A stretch of 64,000 nucleotides of DNA from assembly GCA_035632115.1 (NCBI GenBank), contig DASQHL010000144.1:1833-65832 (forward strand). Reading direction: 5' to 3'. The notes under the pieces were generated by a model. It was not told the DNA's origin. It saw only the letters and a program-made list of their open reading frames with translations, and made no database searches. The DNA comes from Dehalococcoidia bacterium (lineage in GTDB: Bacteria > Chloroflexota > Dehalococcoidia > DSTF01 > JACRBR01). The position numbers and the translations under genes were made by a program. Positions 1-9,600 of the stretch are shown piece by piece (the first letter of the stretch is position 1; every line of letters starts with the position of its first letter).

Positions 1-91
1 GGCGCAGCGAACTGAGGATCATCATGCGCTGGGGGGTCATCTTGTGGCCGGCCTGGCGCATGAGGCTGACGGTGGCGGCTTCGCAGCTCAT
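1..91 (-). CDS. Fur-family transcriptional regulator, N-terminal ~30 aa only (gene runs off the left edge of the window)
   Basis: Reverse strand from ATG (plus 89-91) reads MSCEAATVSLMRQAGHKMTPQRMMILSSLR, a typical Fur/Zur/PerR N-terminus (xTxQRxxIL). GGAG sits 6 nt upstream. Too short to appear in the ORF track. Confidence 0.4.
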   Translation of the reverse strand, partial: MSCEAATVSLMRQAGHKMTPQRMMILSSLR

Positions 92-231
92 GCCGATCTC
101 CGCGTTTGCAAGAAGTTGCATCTACGATACACAGGCAACGGGAGCGCGGTCAAGGCGCGCAGCGTGGAGCCGGGGCGAGGCACTGGCTCCTGGGGCGCGA
201 CGTGGGCGAGGGCCATCGTTCGTGGCACACC

Positions 232-249
232 GCACCGGTGCACCGGTGC
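232..249. promoter_or_regulatory. Perfect 18-bp palindrome GCACCGGTGCACCGGTGC (tandem CACCGGTG) in the intergenic region between the Fur-like gene and the downstream convergent ORF
   Basis: Read directly from the sequence and self-complementary. Could be an operator or a hairpin terminator for the gene ending at 335. Confidence 0.3.
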
Positions 250-334
250 GGGCGCCGGGCGGCGCAAGATGAACTGACCGGAACCGGTGCCAGCGCGGGA
301 TCCGGGGCAGTCGCGGGCCGGTCTACGGCGCGGT

Positions 335-747
335 TCAGGCGCGGGTGGACCGGAGGTAGCGGGCCTGCGCCGCCGCCATCTTCTGGAAGTTCTCGCCCAG
401 CTTCGGCTCACCGGCGTCGCGCCGCTCGCCGAGCACGAAGCCCTTCATCCGGTCCCAGATGCCCGTCACGAGCAGCCAATCGAAGAGGAGGTCCTGGTGG
501 ATCAGCTTCTGCGTCCCGATGGTCTCGTAATGCGTCGAGACGAGGCGCGCGGCGCCGTACCCCTCGCTGCCGCGTGGGTATTTTTCATGAACTCGCCGTA
601 GTCTGGGAGGAATTTATCGCTCCACACCCAGTTGCTCGCGGTATGGACGCCGCGAAGTGCGCCCAGCTGTGCGACCTGGAGCATGAGCGTTGCGTCCTCC
701 CTGGTGGGAGCCGGCTTTTGCGCCTTTCGAGCCGTCGTGCCTGGCAT
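335..747 (-). CDS. Hypothetical protein with an apparent 1-nt frameshift in a CCCC run near 558-563
   Basis: Minus-strand ORF MPGTTARKAQKPAPTRED...NWVWSDKFLPDYGEFMKNTHAAARG continues in the +1 frame as YGAARLVSTHYETIGTQKLIHQDLLFDWLLVTGIWDRMKGFVLGERRDAGEPKLGENFQKMAAAQARYLRSTRA*. Both parts have high GC3 and protein-like composition. The junction lies at a C4 homopolymer. Confidence 0.45.
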
Positions 748-874
748 CTGCGCCCTCCTTCCGTAGCGTGCGAACCGAGGTCGCGCCGACTACGGGCAGA
801 TACTACGCCGATGGCCAGAGGTCGTCAACGCGGTCGGGAAGGACATCGCCGGCGACCGTGTTATCCTTGACCCG

Positions 875-1336
875 ATGTCGAACCTCTTCGATTACATCCC
901 GCATCCGCATATGGAGAACCGCAAGGCGGCGGGCCCGCCGAAGGTCGCCGCTGCCGTTGCCGAGGTGCACGGGCCGGGGCTGATCGGGCGGATCAACGCC
1001 AAGGTTGGTCTCAAGATCACGCTGATCGTCGGCACCATGTGGTGCGCGTATCTCTTCACGCTGCTCGCGCTAATCAGCGCCCCCTCCGCGTTCACGACCG
1101 GCAATTCGCTGATCATCATCGCGTGGATAGCCCAGACGTTCCTGCAGTTGGTGCTGCTGCCGATCATCATCGTCGGGCAGAACGTGCAGGCGGCGGCGGC
1201 CGACGCCCGCGCGCAGGCGACGTACGACGATGCGGCGGCCGTGCTGGAAGAAGCGAAGCAGATCCAGGCGCACCTGGAAGCGCAGGATGCCGCGATCGAG
1301 AAGATCCTGGCCGGGGTCACGCGCACAACCGGGTAA
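875..1336 (+). CDS. DUF1003-like small membrane protein
   Basis: 153-aa ORF with two TM helices followed by a VGQNVQAAAADARAQATYDDAA pattern that resembles the DUF1003 QNRQ...DxxAExDY motif. Confidence 0.55.
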   Translation: MSNLFDYIPHPHMENRKAAGPPKVAAAVAEVHGPGLIGRINAKVGLKITLIVGTMWCAYLFTLLALISAPSAFTTGNSLIIIAWIAQTFLQLVLLPIIIVGQNVQAAAADARAQATYDDAAAVLEEAKQIQAHLEAQDAAIEKILAGVTRTTG

Positions 1337-1345
1337 CCGCTTACC

Positions 1346-1531
1346 TCACGAGGCCGTGCGCCCGCGTCCACACCGCTCGCGGAGGCCGGTGAGCCACTCG
1401 CGGAGGTGTCCCGCCGTGGCGATCGTCAGGCTTGGGACGCCGCCCTGGCGGAGGAAGCCGTGGGCTGGCGCCCGGGTCCATGTGCCCTCGATGGTCCATG
1501 GGGACGCGCCGTCGCCGCGGAGGACGAGCAC
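1346..1531 (-). CDS. Small hypothetical ORF (possibly part of a longer frameshifted gene)
   Basis: Minus-strand frame DDLLLLNEWVLVLRGDGASPWTIEGTWTRAPAHGFLRQGGVPSLTIATAGHLREWLTGL has about 88% G/C at third codon positions and a non-junk composition. The upstream frame is broken by a stop next to a C-run near 1570. Confidence 0.2.
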   Translation of the reverse strand: MLVLRGDGASPWTIEGTWTRAPAHGFLRQGGVPSLTIATAGHLREWLTGLRERCGRGRTAS

Positions 1532-1689
1532 CCACTCGTTGAGGAGGAGGAGATCGTCCGGCGGGCGCCCGAAGGTAGAACATCAGGGGGCCCGGCATGC
1601 TGGCGGCCAACGGAACGGCGCACGGCTCATCTCCCATTTCGCTCGATATCGAGCGATTCTGAATCTGAGCCGTGCGCCTTGGTGCCGGA

Positions 1690-1764
<75 letters not shown>

Positions 1765-1938
1765 AGAGCGCCCGTAGTATAGCCAGCAGCGCCCGCCGGC
1801 GACAACGAAGGTTGATTTACAGCGGCACAAACCTGGTCGCCCCGTGTAACGGCGGGCCTGCGGCGGTCGATTCTATGGGTAGGGTGTGCGGGGTGCGCCA
1901 GGGGCGCCTCGGGCCATCGCTGTGACGGTGGAGGGTCA

Positions 1939-2235
1939 GTGGCCAAGTTCAAGGACTACTACGAGGTCATCGGGATCGCGCCGCGCTCGCACGTGCGGGT
2001 GATCGAAGAGACGTACTGGCAGACGGCGCACCAACTGAAACAGCAGCCTACGCGCGCGGCCGCGAAGAAGCTGCGCGCGCTGAACGAGGCGTACGAGGTG
2101 CTCGGGACGCCGCACCGGCGCCTTGCCTACGACCGGGAGTTCGTGCACCAGGCGAGGGAGCAGAAGCGCGATCGGCATCCCGGCGTGATGCAGCAGATCG
2201 TCGGCCTGCTGGCGAAGCCGTTCCGGCTGGAGTAG
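1939..2235 (+). CDS. J-domain (DnaJ-like) protein
   Basis: GTG start preceded by GGAGGG. KDYYEVIGIAPRS...AYEVLGTPHRRLAYDREF is a J-domain signature. Confidence 0.7.
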   Translation: MAKFKDYYEVIGIAPRSHVRVIEETYWQTAHQLKQQPTRAAAKKLRALNEAYEVLGTPHRRLAYDREFVHQAREQKRDRHPGVMQQIVGLLAKPFRLE

Positions 2236-2313
2236 CGCCCGCATCTCAATCTCGGCAGGCGAAGTGGAGCCACACGGCGCGCCTCGTTTCCGTCGCCGTA
2301 CAACCGATCCTGT

Positions 2314-3459
2314 TCAGGCCTGCGCGATCTGGTAGGACTTCCCCTCGGTCTTGATCGCCGGGGCGATCACCATCTCCGTCTTCTGGAAGTCGCGGATCGT
2401 GCGGGCGCCGCAGGTCCCCATGGCGGTGCGCAGCGCTCCCACCAGGTTCTCGCGTCCGTCGGTGCGCGAGGTGGGGCCGAAGAGCGTCTGCTGGAGCGTG
2501 CTATCGATCTTCACCTTGACGCGGGTGCCGCGAGGCAGTTCGCCGTGCGGTGTGGCCATGCCCCAGTGGTGGCCGCGGCCGGGAGCCTCGCGCGTGGCGG
2601 CGAGGATGCTGCCCAGCATGACCGCATCGGCGCCGGCGGCGAACGATTTGCACATGGCGCCGCCGTTGCTGACACCGCCATCGGTGATGATCGGGACGTA
2701 GCGGCCGGTCTCGCGGTAGTACGTGTCGCGGGCGGCGGCGGCGTCGATCGTGGCGGTCACTTGCGGCACGCCGATGCCGAGCACCTCGCGGCTGGTGCAG
2801 GCGGCGCCGGGGCCGACGCCGATGAGCACGGCGGCAATGCCCGTCTCCATCAGCTCTTTCGTGGCAGCGAAGGTGACCGTGTTGCCGACGACGACCGGCA
2901 CATCGCGCATCTGGCGGACGAGCTCGTCGAAGATGAGGCCCTTCTCGCTGCGGGAGACGTGGCGGGCGCTGGTGACCGTCGACTGGACGACGAAGACATC
3001 GACGCCTGCCTCGGCGGCGATGGGGGCGAACTTCTTGGTGTTCATGGGCGTGGCGGACACGGCAGCGACGCCGCCTGCGGCCTTGATCTGCCGGACGCGC
3101 TCGCCGATGAGGTTGGGCTGGATGGGCGCGGAGTAGACCTTCTGCATGAGAGCGGTGACGTCCTGCTTGGGCGCGGCGGCGATCTCGGCCAGGATGGGGT
3201 CGGGGTCGACGTAGCGGGTCTGCACCCCTTCGAGGTTCAAGACAGCGAGGCCACCGAGCTTCGAGAACTCGGTGGCCATCTTCACGTCCACCACGCCGTC
3301 CATGGCCGCGGCCATGAACGGCAGCGGGAAGTCGAGCGATCCGAGCTTGAAGGAGAGTTCTACGAGTTCGGGGTTGATGGTGTGGTGTCCGCCGGGGACG
3401 ATGGCGACGTCGTCGAATCCGTAGGCGCGCCGCATCTGCTTGAACTGGGGCTGTGACAT
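2314..3459 (-). CDS. IMP dehydrogenase/GMP reductase family protein (GuaB-like, no CBS insert)
   Basis: 381 aa with FDDVAIVPG, a GGLAVLN TIM-barrel region, the catalytic loop GIGVPQVTA and GGVSNGG, all typical of the IMPDH/GMPR family. Confidence 0.8.
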   Translation of the reverse strand: MSQPQFKQMRRAYGFDDVAIVPGGHHTINPELVELSFKLGSLDFPLPFMAAAMDGVVDVKMATEFSKLGGLAVLNLEGVQTRYVDPDPILAEIAAAPKQDVTALMQKVYSAPIQPNLIGERVRQIKAAGGVAAVSATPMNTKKFAPIAAEAGVDVFVVQSTVTSARHVSRSEKGLIFDELVRQMRDVPVVVGNTVTFAATKELMETGIAAVLIGVGPGAACTSREVLGIGVPQVTATIDAAAARDTYYRETGRYVPIITDGGVSNGGAMCKSFAAGADAVMLGSILAATREAPGRGHHWGMATPHGELPRGTRVKVKIDSTLQQTLFGPTSRTDGRENLVGALRTAMGTCGARTIRDFQKTEMVIAPAIKTEGKSYQIAQA

Positions 3460-3764
3460 GGTTCGGGTACCTCCAACTATGCCGCCGGGCCTGCCCGCCT
3501 TGAGGCTTCGCTGCTGGTCCCCGTCGCTCGTCCCCGGGCCGGGGTATAGAGCGATCGAGGCCGGCGGAGGGTTCCTACCGGTTCCTGCTTGTTCAGTTCA
3601 TCGTTCGTTCAGGTCCGCCCCGAAGGGCTCGCGGGGGTATGATTTAGGAAAGTGTATCTCCGGGTCCCGCGACCGGTCAAGCGTTTTTCGGAGAATCTAC
3701 TGAATTGCTATAGCGCGTGGACTGTTCCTGGTCCATCCATACGGCCACGTGGCGGTCGCCACTG

Positions 3765-4592
3765 ATGGGGACGCTATACCTCGTGGCGACCCCGATCGGC
3801 CATCTCGGCGACATCACGTTACGGGCGCTGGAGGTGTTGCGCGCGGTGCCGCTGATCGCGGCCGAGGACACGCGGTCGGCGCGGAAGCTGCTCGCCCACT
3901 TCGAGATCCGGGCGCCGCGGCTGGCGAGCTACAACGAGCACAGCGCGAGCACCCGCACGCCGGCGCTGCTCCGCGCGCTCGAGGACGGCGACGTGGCGTT
4001 GGTGAGCGACGCGGGGATGCCGGGGATCAGTGACCCGGGGTACGACCTCGTCGTGGCGGCGGTGGCCGCGGGCCACACGGTGGTGCCGGTGCCGGGCGCG
4101 TCGGCTGTGGTCGCAGCGGTCGCGGCGAGCGGCCTGCCGTCGCGCCGGTTCCACTATCTTGGCTTCCTGCCGAGGCAGGCCGGGCCGCGTCGTCGCGCGC
4201 TGGCCGCTGCCGGGGCGTCCGGCGATACGCTCGTCGTGTACGAGTCGCCGCACCGGGTGCGGGCGACGCTGGCCGACGCGCTGGCGGCGCTCGGCGACCG
4301 CCGCATCGCCGTGGCGCGCGAGCTGACGAAGCTGCACGAGGAGATCTGGCGGGGCACAATCGCCGGGGCCATCGCGCACTTCGGCGAGCCGCGCGGCGAG
4401 TTCACGCTCGTCATCGAAGGCGGTCCAAGCACCGTGGCGGCGCTAGCGAGGGGCGGCGGCGGCGTAGCAGCGGCGATTGCTCGCCTGCGGGCCGACGGCT
4501 TCGGTGCGAAAGAGGGCGTGGCGGCGCTGATGTCGGAGTTCGGGCTGTCTCGCAGGGCGGCGTACGCGGCCTGGCACCGGCCTCCGCGCTGA
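3765..4592 (+). CDS. rsmI: 16S rRNA (cytidine1402-2'-O)-methyltransferase RsmI
   Basis: MGTLYLVATPIGHLGDITLRALEVL...AAEDTR...YESPHR motifs of the RsmI/tetrapyrrole-methylase fold. Start refined to the internal ATG at 3765. Confidence 0.85.
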   Translation: MGTLYLVATPIGHLGDITLRALEVLRAVPLIAAEDTRSARKLLAHFEIRAPRLASYNEHSASTRTPALLRALEDGDVALVSDAGMPGISDPGYDLVVAAVAAGHTVVPVPGASAVVAAVAASGLPSRRFHYLGFLPRQAGPRRRALAAAGASGDTLVVYESPHRVRATLADALAALGDRRIAVARELTKLHEEIWRGTIAGAIAHFGEPRGEFTLVIEGGPSTVAALARGGGGVAAAIARLRADGFGAKEGVAALMSEFGLSRRAAYAAWHRPPR

Positions 4593-4655
4593 GATGCGCG
4601 TGGCACACACGGCCCGGCACCGCGACAAAGATGTGAGTGCTAGAATAACCGCACA

Positions 4656-6335
4656 TTGAGTACGGATTCACAATCGCGCCGGATCCTGGTCGCCGTGGCG
4701 TGGCCTTACGCCAACGGCTCGCTGCACCTCGGCCACATCGCCGGGGCGTACCTGCCCGCGGATATCTTCGCCCGCTACCACCGGGTTATCGGTAACGAGG
4801 TGCTGATGGTGTCCGGGAGCGACCAGCACGGCACGCCGATCACGGTGCGCGCGGACAACGAGGGGCGTTCGCCCCAGGCGGTGGTCGACGAGTTTCACCC
4901 GGAGTTCCTGCGCTACTGGCAGGAGCTCGGCATCTCCTTCGACCTGTTCACGACGACCGGGACGGAGAACCACGCGCAGGTCACGCACGACGTGTTCCTG
5001 CGCCTGATGGAGCACGGCTACATCTACAAGGGGACCACGTCGCAGTTCTACGATCCGCAGGCGGGGCGCTTCCTGCCGGACCGCTACGTCGAGGGCACGT
5101 GCCCCTACTGCGGCTACGACAAGGCCCGCGGGGATCAGTGCGACAACTGCGGGCGCACGCTGGATCCCGAGCAGCTGATCGACCCGCGCAGCCGGATGAG
5201 CGGCGCCACGCCGGAGGCCCGCGACACAGAGCACTACTTCCTGAGGCTCAGCGCGTTCCAGGAGCCGCTGCTCGCGTGGTTGCGCAGCCGCCAGGGCTGG
5301 CGCAAGCACGTGCTGAACTTCAGCATCGGCTTCGTGGAAGAGGGGCTGCACGACCGCGCGATCACGCGCGACCTCGAGTGGGGGGTGTCGCTGCCGGTCG
5401 AAGACCTTGGCCCGGGCAAGCGCATCTACGTGTGGTTCGAGGCGGTGATCGGCTACCTCAGCGCCTCGAAAGAGTGGGCGCAGCTGCGCGGGGATCCGGA
5501 GGCGTGGCGCCGCTGGTGGGAGGACCCGGAGGCGCGCAGCTACTACTTCATCGGGAAAGACAACATCCCTTTCCACACGATCATCTGGCCGGCGATCCTC
5601 ATGGGCTATCGCGGCCTCAACCTGCCGACAGATGTGCCGGCGAACCAGTACGTGACGTTCAAGGGCGCCAAGGCATCGAAGAGCGAGCAGGTCGGCGAGC
5701 CGGTGCTGAGTTACCTGGAGCGGTACCAGCCGGACGCCATCCGGTACTGCCTCGCCGCCAACCTGCCGGAGAACTCCGACACGGATCTCACCGAGGCGGA
5801 GCTGGTCCGCCGCAACAACGACGAGCTGGTAGCGACGTGGGGCAACCTGGTGAACCGCGTGCTCCAGATGACGCACCGCACGTTCGAGGGGCGGGTGCCG
5901 AAGCCCGGCGTGCTGGAGCCGCGCGACCGCCGCCTGCTCGACGGGGGCGCTCTGATGCTTCGGGCCGTGGCATCGGACCTGGAGGCGGTGCGGCTGAAGG
6001 CGGCGCTGCAGGCGGCGATGTCGCACGCGCAGGCGGCTAACGTGTACCTGAACGAGACGGAGCCGTGGAAGACGGCGAAGGTCGACCGCGATCGCACGGC
6101 CACGTCCCTCTACACGGCGCTCTGTGCTATAAACGCGCTGAAGGTGGCGCTCTACCCGTTCCTGCCGTTCTCCAGCCAGCGCATCCACGAGTTTCTGGGG
6201 CTGGCGGGCGATGTAGGTGCGGGCGGATGGGAAGCGCCCGGGCTGGAGCCGGGCACGCTCCTGCAGCAGCCGGAACCCCTGTTCAGGAAGATCGAGCAGC
6301 CGGCTGTCGAAGGGGAGGCGCGGCTCACAGCCTGA
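4656..6335 (+). CDS. metG: Methionyl-tRNA synthetase
   Basis: WPYANGSLHLGHIAGAYLPADIFARYHR is the class I HIGH region. A zinc knuckle CPYCGYDKARGDQCDNCG is present. TTG start. Confidence 0.9.
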   Translation: MSTDSQSRRILVAVAWPYANGSLHLGHIAGAYLPADIFARYHRVIGNEVLMVSGSDQHGTPITVRADNEGRSPQAVVDEFHPEFLRYWQELGISFDLFTTTGTENHAQVTHDVFLRLMEHGYIYKGTTSQFYDPQAGRFLPDRYVEGTCPYCGYDKARGDQCDNCGRTLDPEQLIDPRSRMSGATPEARDTEHYFLRLSAFQEPLLAWLRSRQGWRKHVLNFSIGFVEEGLHDRAITRDLEWGVSLPVEDLGPGKRIYVWFEAVIGYLSASKEWAQLRGDPEAWRRWWEDPEARSYYFIGKDNIPFHTIIWPAILMGYRGLNLPTDVPANQYVTFKGAKASKSEQVGEPVLSYLERYQPDAIRYCLAANLPENSDTDLTEAELVRRNNDELVATWGNLVNRVLQMTHRTFEGRVPKPGVLEPRDRRLLDGGALMLRAVASDLEAVRLKAALQAAMSHAQAANVYLNETEPWKTAKVDRDRTATSLYTALCAINALKVALYPFLPFSSQRIHEFLGLAGDVGAGGWEAPGLEPGTLLQQPEPLFRKIEQPAVEGEARLTA

Positions 6336-7159
6336 TGATGCGCCTGATCGATACACACTGCCACATCCACGACGGCGCATTCGCCGCGGACCGCGACGCC
6401 GCGCTGGACCGCGCCAGGGCCGCCGGGGTGGAGCTGATGGTGACGCTGGGCTCGAACGCGACGGACAGTCGCGAAGCGCTGGCGCTGGCGGAGCGCCGGC
6501 CCGACGTGCTGGCGGCGGCGGGCGTACACCCACACGATGCCGCGGAGGCGACAGACGCCGACCTGGACGCGCTGGAGGAGATGGCGAGGCGGCCGCGCGT
6601 GGCGATGATCGGCGAGATCGGGCTGGATTTCTATCGTACCCTGTCGCCGCGGGATCGGCAGGTGGCCGTGCTGCGCAGACAGTTGGAGACGGCGCGGCGC
6701 GTCGGGAAGCCGGTGGCCGTGCACGCGCGGGAAGCGGACGAGGAGATGCTGGCGGTGCTGTCGGCGTGGTCGCGCGAATTGGGCGGCGCCCTCCCGGACG
6801 GGCGTCCGCTGGGCGTCATGCACTACTTCAGCGGTGACGCCGCCGCGGCGCGCGGCTACGTGGATCTGGGGTTCATGATCTCGGTCCACACGTCGGTGAC
6901 GCATCCGAAGGCGGCGATGCTGGCGGAGGTAGCGCGCGCGCTGCCGCTGGAGCACCTGGTGTTGGAGACGGACAGCCCGTACGGGGCGCCCCAGCGCTAC
7001 CGCGGCACGCGCAACGAGCCGGCGTACGTGGCCGAGGCGGCGCTGCGCGTGGCCGAGTTGAAGGGATTGTCCGTGGAGCAGGTAGCCGAGACGACGACCG
7101 CCAACGCGGAGCGCCTGCTTGGCGTGACGGTGGCGACAGCGGGGAGGGGCCCGGCGTGA
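6335..7159 (+). CDS. tatD: TatD-family metal-dependent hydrolase
   Basis: MMRLIDTHCHIHDGAFAADRD... His-rich TatD motifs. The ATG overlaps the metG stop (TGATG). Confidence 0.85.
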   Translation: MMRLIDTHCHIHDGAFAADRDAALDRARAAGVELMVTLGSNATDSREALALAERRPDVLAAAGVHPHDAAEATDADLDALEEMARRPRVAMIGEIGLDFYRTLSPRDRQVAVLRRQLETARRVGKPVAVHAREADEEMLAVLSAWSRELGGALPDGRPLGVMHYFSGDAAAARGYVDLGFMISVHTSVTHPKAAMLAEVARALPLEHLVLETDSPYGAPQRYRGTRNEPAYVAEAALRVAELKGLSVEQVAETTTANAERLLGVTVATAGRGPA

Positions 7160-8127
7160 AGGTCGCATCCATCTACGGCCCCGTCACGGAAGACCTGCGC
7201 CTGGTGGAAGACGCGCTCGACCGCATCAGGCACGTGGAGAGCTTCCCGGCGCTCTCGCGGATGCTGGAGCATGTGCTCGATGGCGGCGGCAAGCGTGTGC
7301 GGCCGGCGATCGCGCTGCTGGCCGGCAAGTTCGGCGACTACAACCCGGACCTGCACGTGCCGCTCGCCGCGTCGATTGAGCTGCTGCACACGGCTACGCT
7401 GGTGCACGACGACGTGATCGACGGGTCGCCCTCACGGCGCGGGAGGGCGACGGCGAACGAACTGTTCAACAACTCCGCCTCGGTGATGCTGGGCGATTAT
7501 ATGTTCGCGCACTCGGCGGACCTCATCGCGCGCACGGACAACACGAAGGTAGTGCGCCTCTTCGCCCGCACGATCATGGCGATCGCCGGCGGCGAGCTGC
7601 ACCAGGACATGAGCGCGTACGAATACGGGCAGGACACGATGTCGTACTTCGGCCGCATTGAGGGAAAGACCGCGTCGCTCTTCGCCACATCGGCCGAGGG
7701 CGGCGCGATGGTCGCGCGCTGCACGCCGGACGAGCGCGAGGCGCTGCGCGTGTTCGGGCTCAACGTCGGGATGGCCTTCCAGGTCGTCGACGACATCCTG
7801 GACTTCGCCGGCGACGAGCGAGAGATGGGGAAGCCCATCGGCAGCGACCTGTTGCAGGGGACGCTGACGCTGCCTTCGCTCCTGTTGATGGAGCGCCACC
7901 CGAAGGACAATCCGATCAGGAAGGCGTTCCGCAGCCGCAAGCCGCGCGCCGATCTCGTGGCCGAGGCGGTGTACATGGTGCTGAACTCGGACATCCTGAA
8001 CGAGGCCTACGACGTGGCGCGGGACTTCCGCGACCGGGCGCTGTCCTCGCTGCGGGAGCTGCCGGACACGCCGGCGCGCGCGGCGCTCGAAGACATCGCC
8101 GGCTACATCCTGGAGCGGCGCGCGTAG
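7156..8127 (+). CDS. Polyprenyl diphosphate synthase (trans-IPPS, hepta/octaprenyl type)
   Basis: LVHDDVIDGSPSRRG (first DDxxD) and FQVVDDILDF (second DDxxD). GTG start overlaps the tatD stop. Confidence 0.85.
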   Translation: MKVASIYGPVTEDLRLVEDALDRIRHVESFPALSRMLEHVLDGGGKRVRPAIALLAGKFGDYNPDLHVPLAASIELLHTATLVHDDVIDGSPSRRGRATANELFNNSASVMLGDYMFAHSADLIARTDNTKVVRLFARTIMAIAGGELHQDMSAYEYGQDTMSYFGRIEGKTASLFATSAEGGAMVARCTPDEREALRVFGLNVGMAFQVVDDILDFAGDEREMGKPIGSDLLQGTLTLPSLLLMERHPKDNPIRKAFRSRKPRADLVAEAVYMVLNSDILNEAYDVARDFRDRALSSLRELPDTPARAALEDIAGYILERRA

Positions 8128-8144
8128 CGGCGGCAGTGTGCCGG

Positions 8145-8498
8145 CTACGGCTCCAGCGAGGCTTTCAGCGCGCCCAGCTTTTCGTCCCACCAGCGCTCGA
8201 TCTGGCCGAGGCTGCGCCGCGCGAGCGCGAGCCGCGCTGGCTCGAGGCGCCACACGTGCTCGCGGCCGCGGCGAGAACCCCGCACGAGGCCGGCCTCCGC
8301 CAGCACCTCCAGGTGCCGCGTCACCGCCTGGCGCGTCAGGCGCGTGTCCTCCGTTAGTCGCGCGATCGACAGGGCGTCTCCTGAAGCCAGGCGTGTGACG
8401 AGGCCGAGCCGTGTCTCGTCGCCCAGGGCCGCGAAGATCGGCGCCGTCGCCGCGATCTGCCGCCCACGGCCGCGCGGGTCAGGGCGTCTTGACGACAT
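8145..8498 (-). CDS. ArsR/SmtB-family HTH transcriptional regulator
   Basis: IFAALGDETRLGLVTRLASGDALSIARLTEDTRLTRQAVTRHLEVLAEAGLV is a winged HTH of ArsR type. Start placed at the internal ATG (MSSRRP). Confidence 0.7.
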   Translation of the reverse strand: MSSRRPDPRGRGRQIAATAPIFAALGDETRLGLVTRLASGDALSIARLTEDTRLTRQAVTRHLEVLAEAGLVRGSRRGREHVWRLEPARLALARRSLGQIERWWDEKLGALKASLEP

Positions 8499-8949
8499 AG
8501 GCCTCGATGTTCCGCATCTGCTCCGCCCAGCCATCGCTGTTCATGCGGAACGCCTCGGCGCGGCGGGCGAGCGGGATAGCGTCGAACCCGGACTCGGTCA
8601 CCGTCAGCCGGGTGCCGCCGGCGACCTCCTCGAGTTCGAACACGACCAGGGTCATCGGCTCGTCCGAGTAGTCGTGCTGCGGGTCGATGCCGTAGGGGTG
8701 CCAGCGGAACGAGAAGAGCCGCTCCGGCTCGATGCGGTCGACCACGAGTTCGAATGCGTGGCCCTCGAAGCCCGGGTATCTCATCCGGGCGTGGACGGGC
8801 TTCCCGGGCTCAAACGTGACGCCGGACATGTCGACGCTGAACCAGGCCCCGAACTCGGCCGGGTCGCTGATCGCCCGCCAGGCGCGGGACCGCGGCACCT
8901 TTAGCATGATCTCCTTCTGGATGCTGTCTGTCGTTGTCGTCGTGTCCAT
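8479..8949 (-). CDS. SRPBCC/AHSA1-domain protein (paired with the ArsR gene)
   Basis: Start MDTTTTT preceded by GAGGAGG. The WFxxxxxG...RL Aha1/START-like fold pattern is present and the gene overlaps the downstream ArsR gene. Confidence 0.7.
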   Translation of the reverse strand: MDTTTTTDSIQKEIMLKVPRSRAWRAISDPAEFGAWFSVDMSGVTFEPGKPVHARMRYPGFEGHAFELVVDRIEPERLFSFRWHPYGIDPQHDYSDEPMTLVVFELEEVAGGTRLTVTESGFDAIPLARRAEAFRMNSDGWAEQMRNIEAYVVKTP

Positions 8950-9121
8950 ATGCAACCTCCTCATTGCATGTTACGCCATCCCGCTGTGAAATGCAATGCT
9001 CCGGTTGCGTATTCGTCGGGGCCCTGCTGGGCCGTGGTCGCGGCTGCCCTGCGTCGATCGCGCCCGGCGCTGCTACACTGGACGCGTACTGAGGCGCTGA
9101 GATACTGGGGCACTTCCCACG

Positions 9122-9472
9122 ATGCCGATCTACGAGTACGCCTGCCACCGCTGCAAGAAGTTCGTCGAGGTGATCACGCGCCGCGTGCCGGACGGCGATT
9201 TCGCGCCGGCGTGCCCTGAGTGCGGCGGAAGGAAGCTGACGCGCCTGATCAGCAACTTCCAGTTCCACCTCTCGCTGAAATCGCAGATCGACCAACTGGA
9301 CCCGAAGTACGACAAGATGATCGACGCCTCCAGTCCCGACCTGTCGTTCGACAACCTGGTGAAGAAGTACCGGCTCGACCGCCCGCAGTCGACCCCCGCC
9401 GAGCGCAAGGCGTTTCGCGAGAGCGGCACCGGCCTCATTCCCGACGGCAAAGGCAAGACGACGAAGGCGTAG
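9122..9472 (+). CDS. FmdB-family zinc-ribbon protein
   Basis: MPIYEYACHRCKKF...CPECGG is the CxxC...CxxC FmdB regulatory zinc-ribbon signature. Confidence 0.7.
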   Translation: MPIYEYACHRCKKFVEVITRRVPDGDFAPACPECGGRKLTRLISNFQFHLSLKSQIDQLDPKYDKMIDASSPDLSFDNLVKKYRLDRPQSTPAERKAFRESGTGLIPDGKGKTTKA

Positions 9473-9600
9473 GCAGCGTCTGGCCCGCGGCATCGCCAGG
9501 CACCGTACCGTTGCCCCCTCTCGCGCCGTACCATGGAAGCGCCGAATCGGAGCCCTGGGTCCGGGTTCCACGTTCAATGTTCTTAGGCCGGAGGCCGCCC

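Noticed and set aside
106-870. 254-aa plus-strand ORF at the window start
   Set aside because: Arg/Gly-rich junk. The real coding signal is on the minus strand (frameshifted hypothetical gene at 335-747).
3460-3764. Possible structured RNA in the 300-bp divergent intergenic region between the guaB-like gene and rsmI
   Set aside because: No tRNA-like or riboswitch-like conserved motifs recognised. Most likely just divergent promoters.
4668-6533. 621-aa minus-strand ORF antisense to metG
   Set aside because: Arg/Pro/Ala-rich junk composition typical of the antisense strand in 70% GC DNA. The sense strand encodes a well-conserved MetRS.
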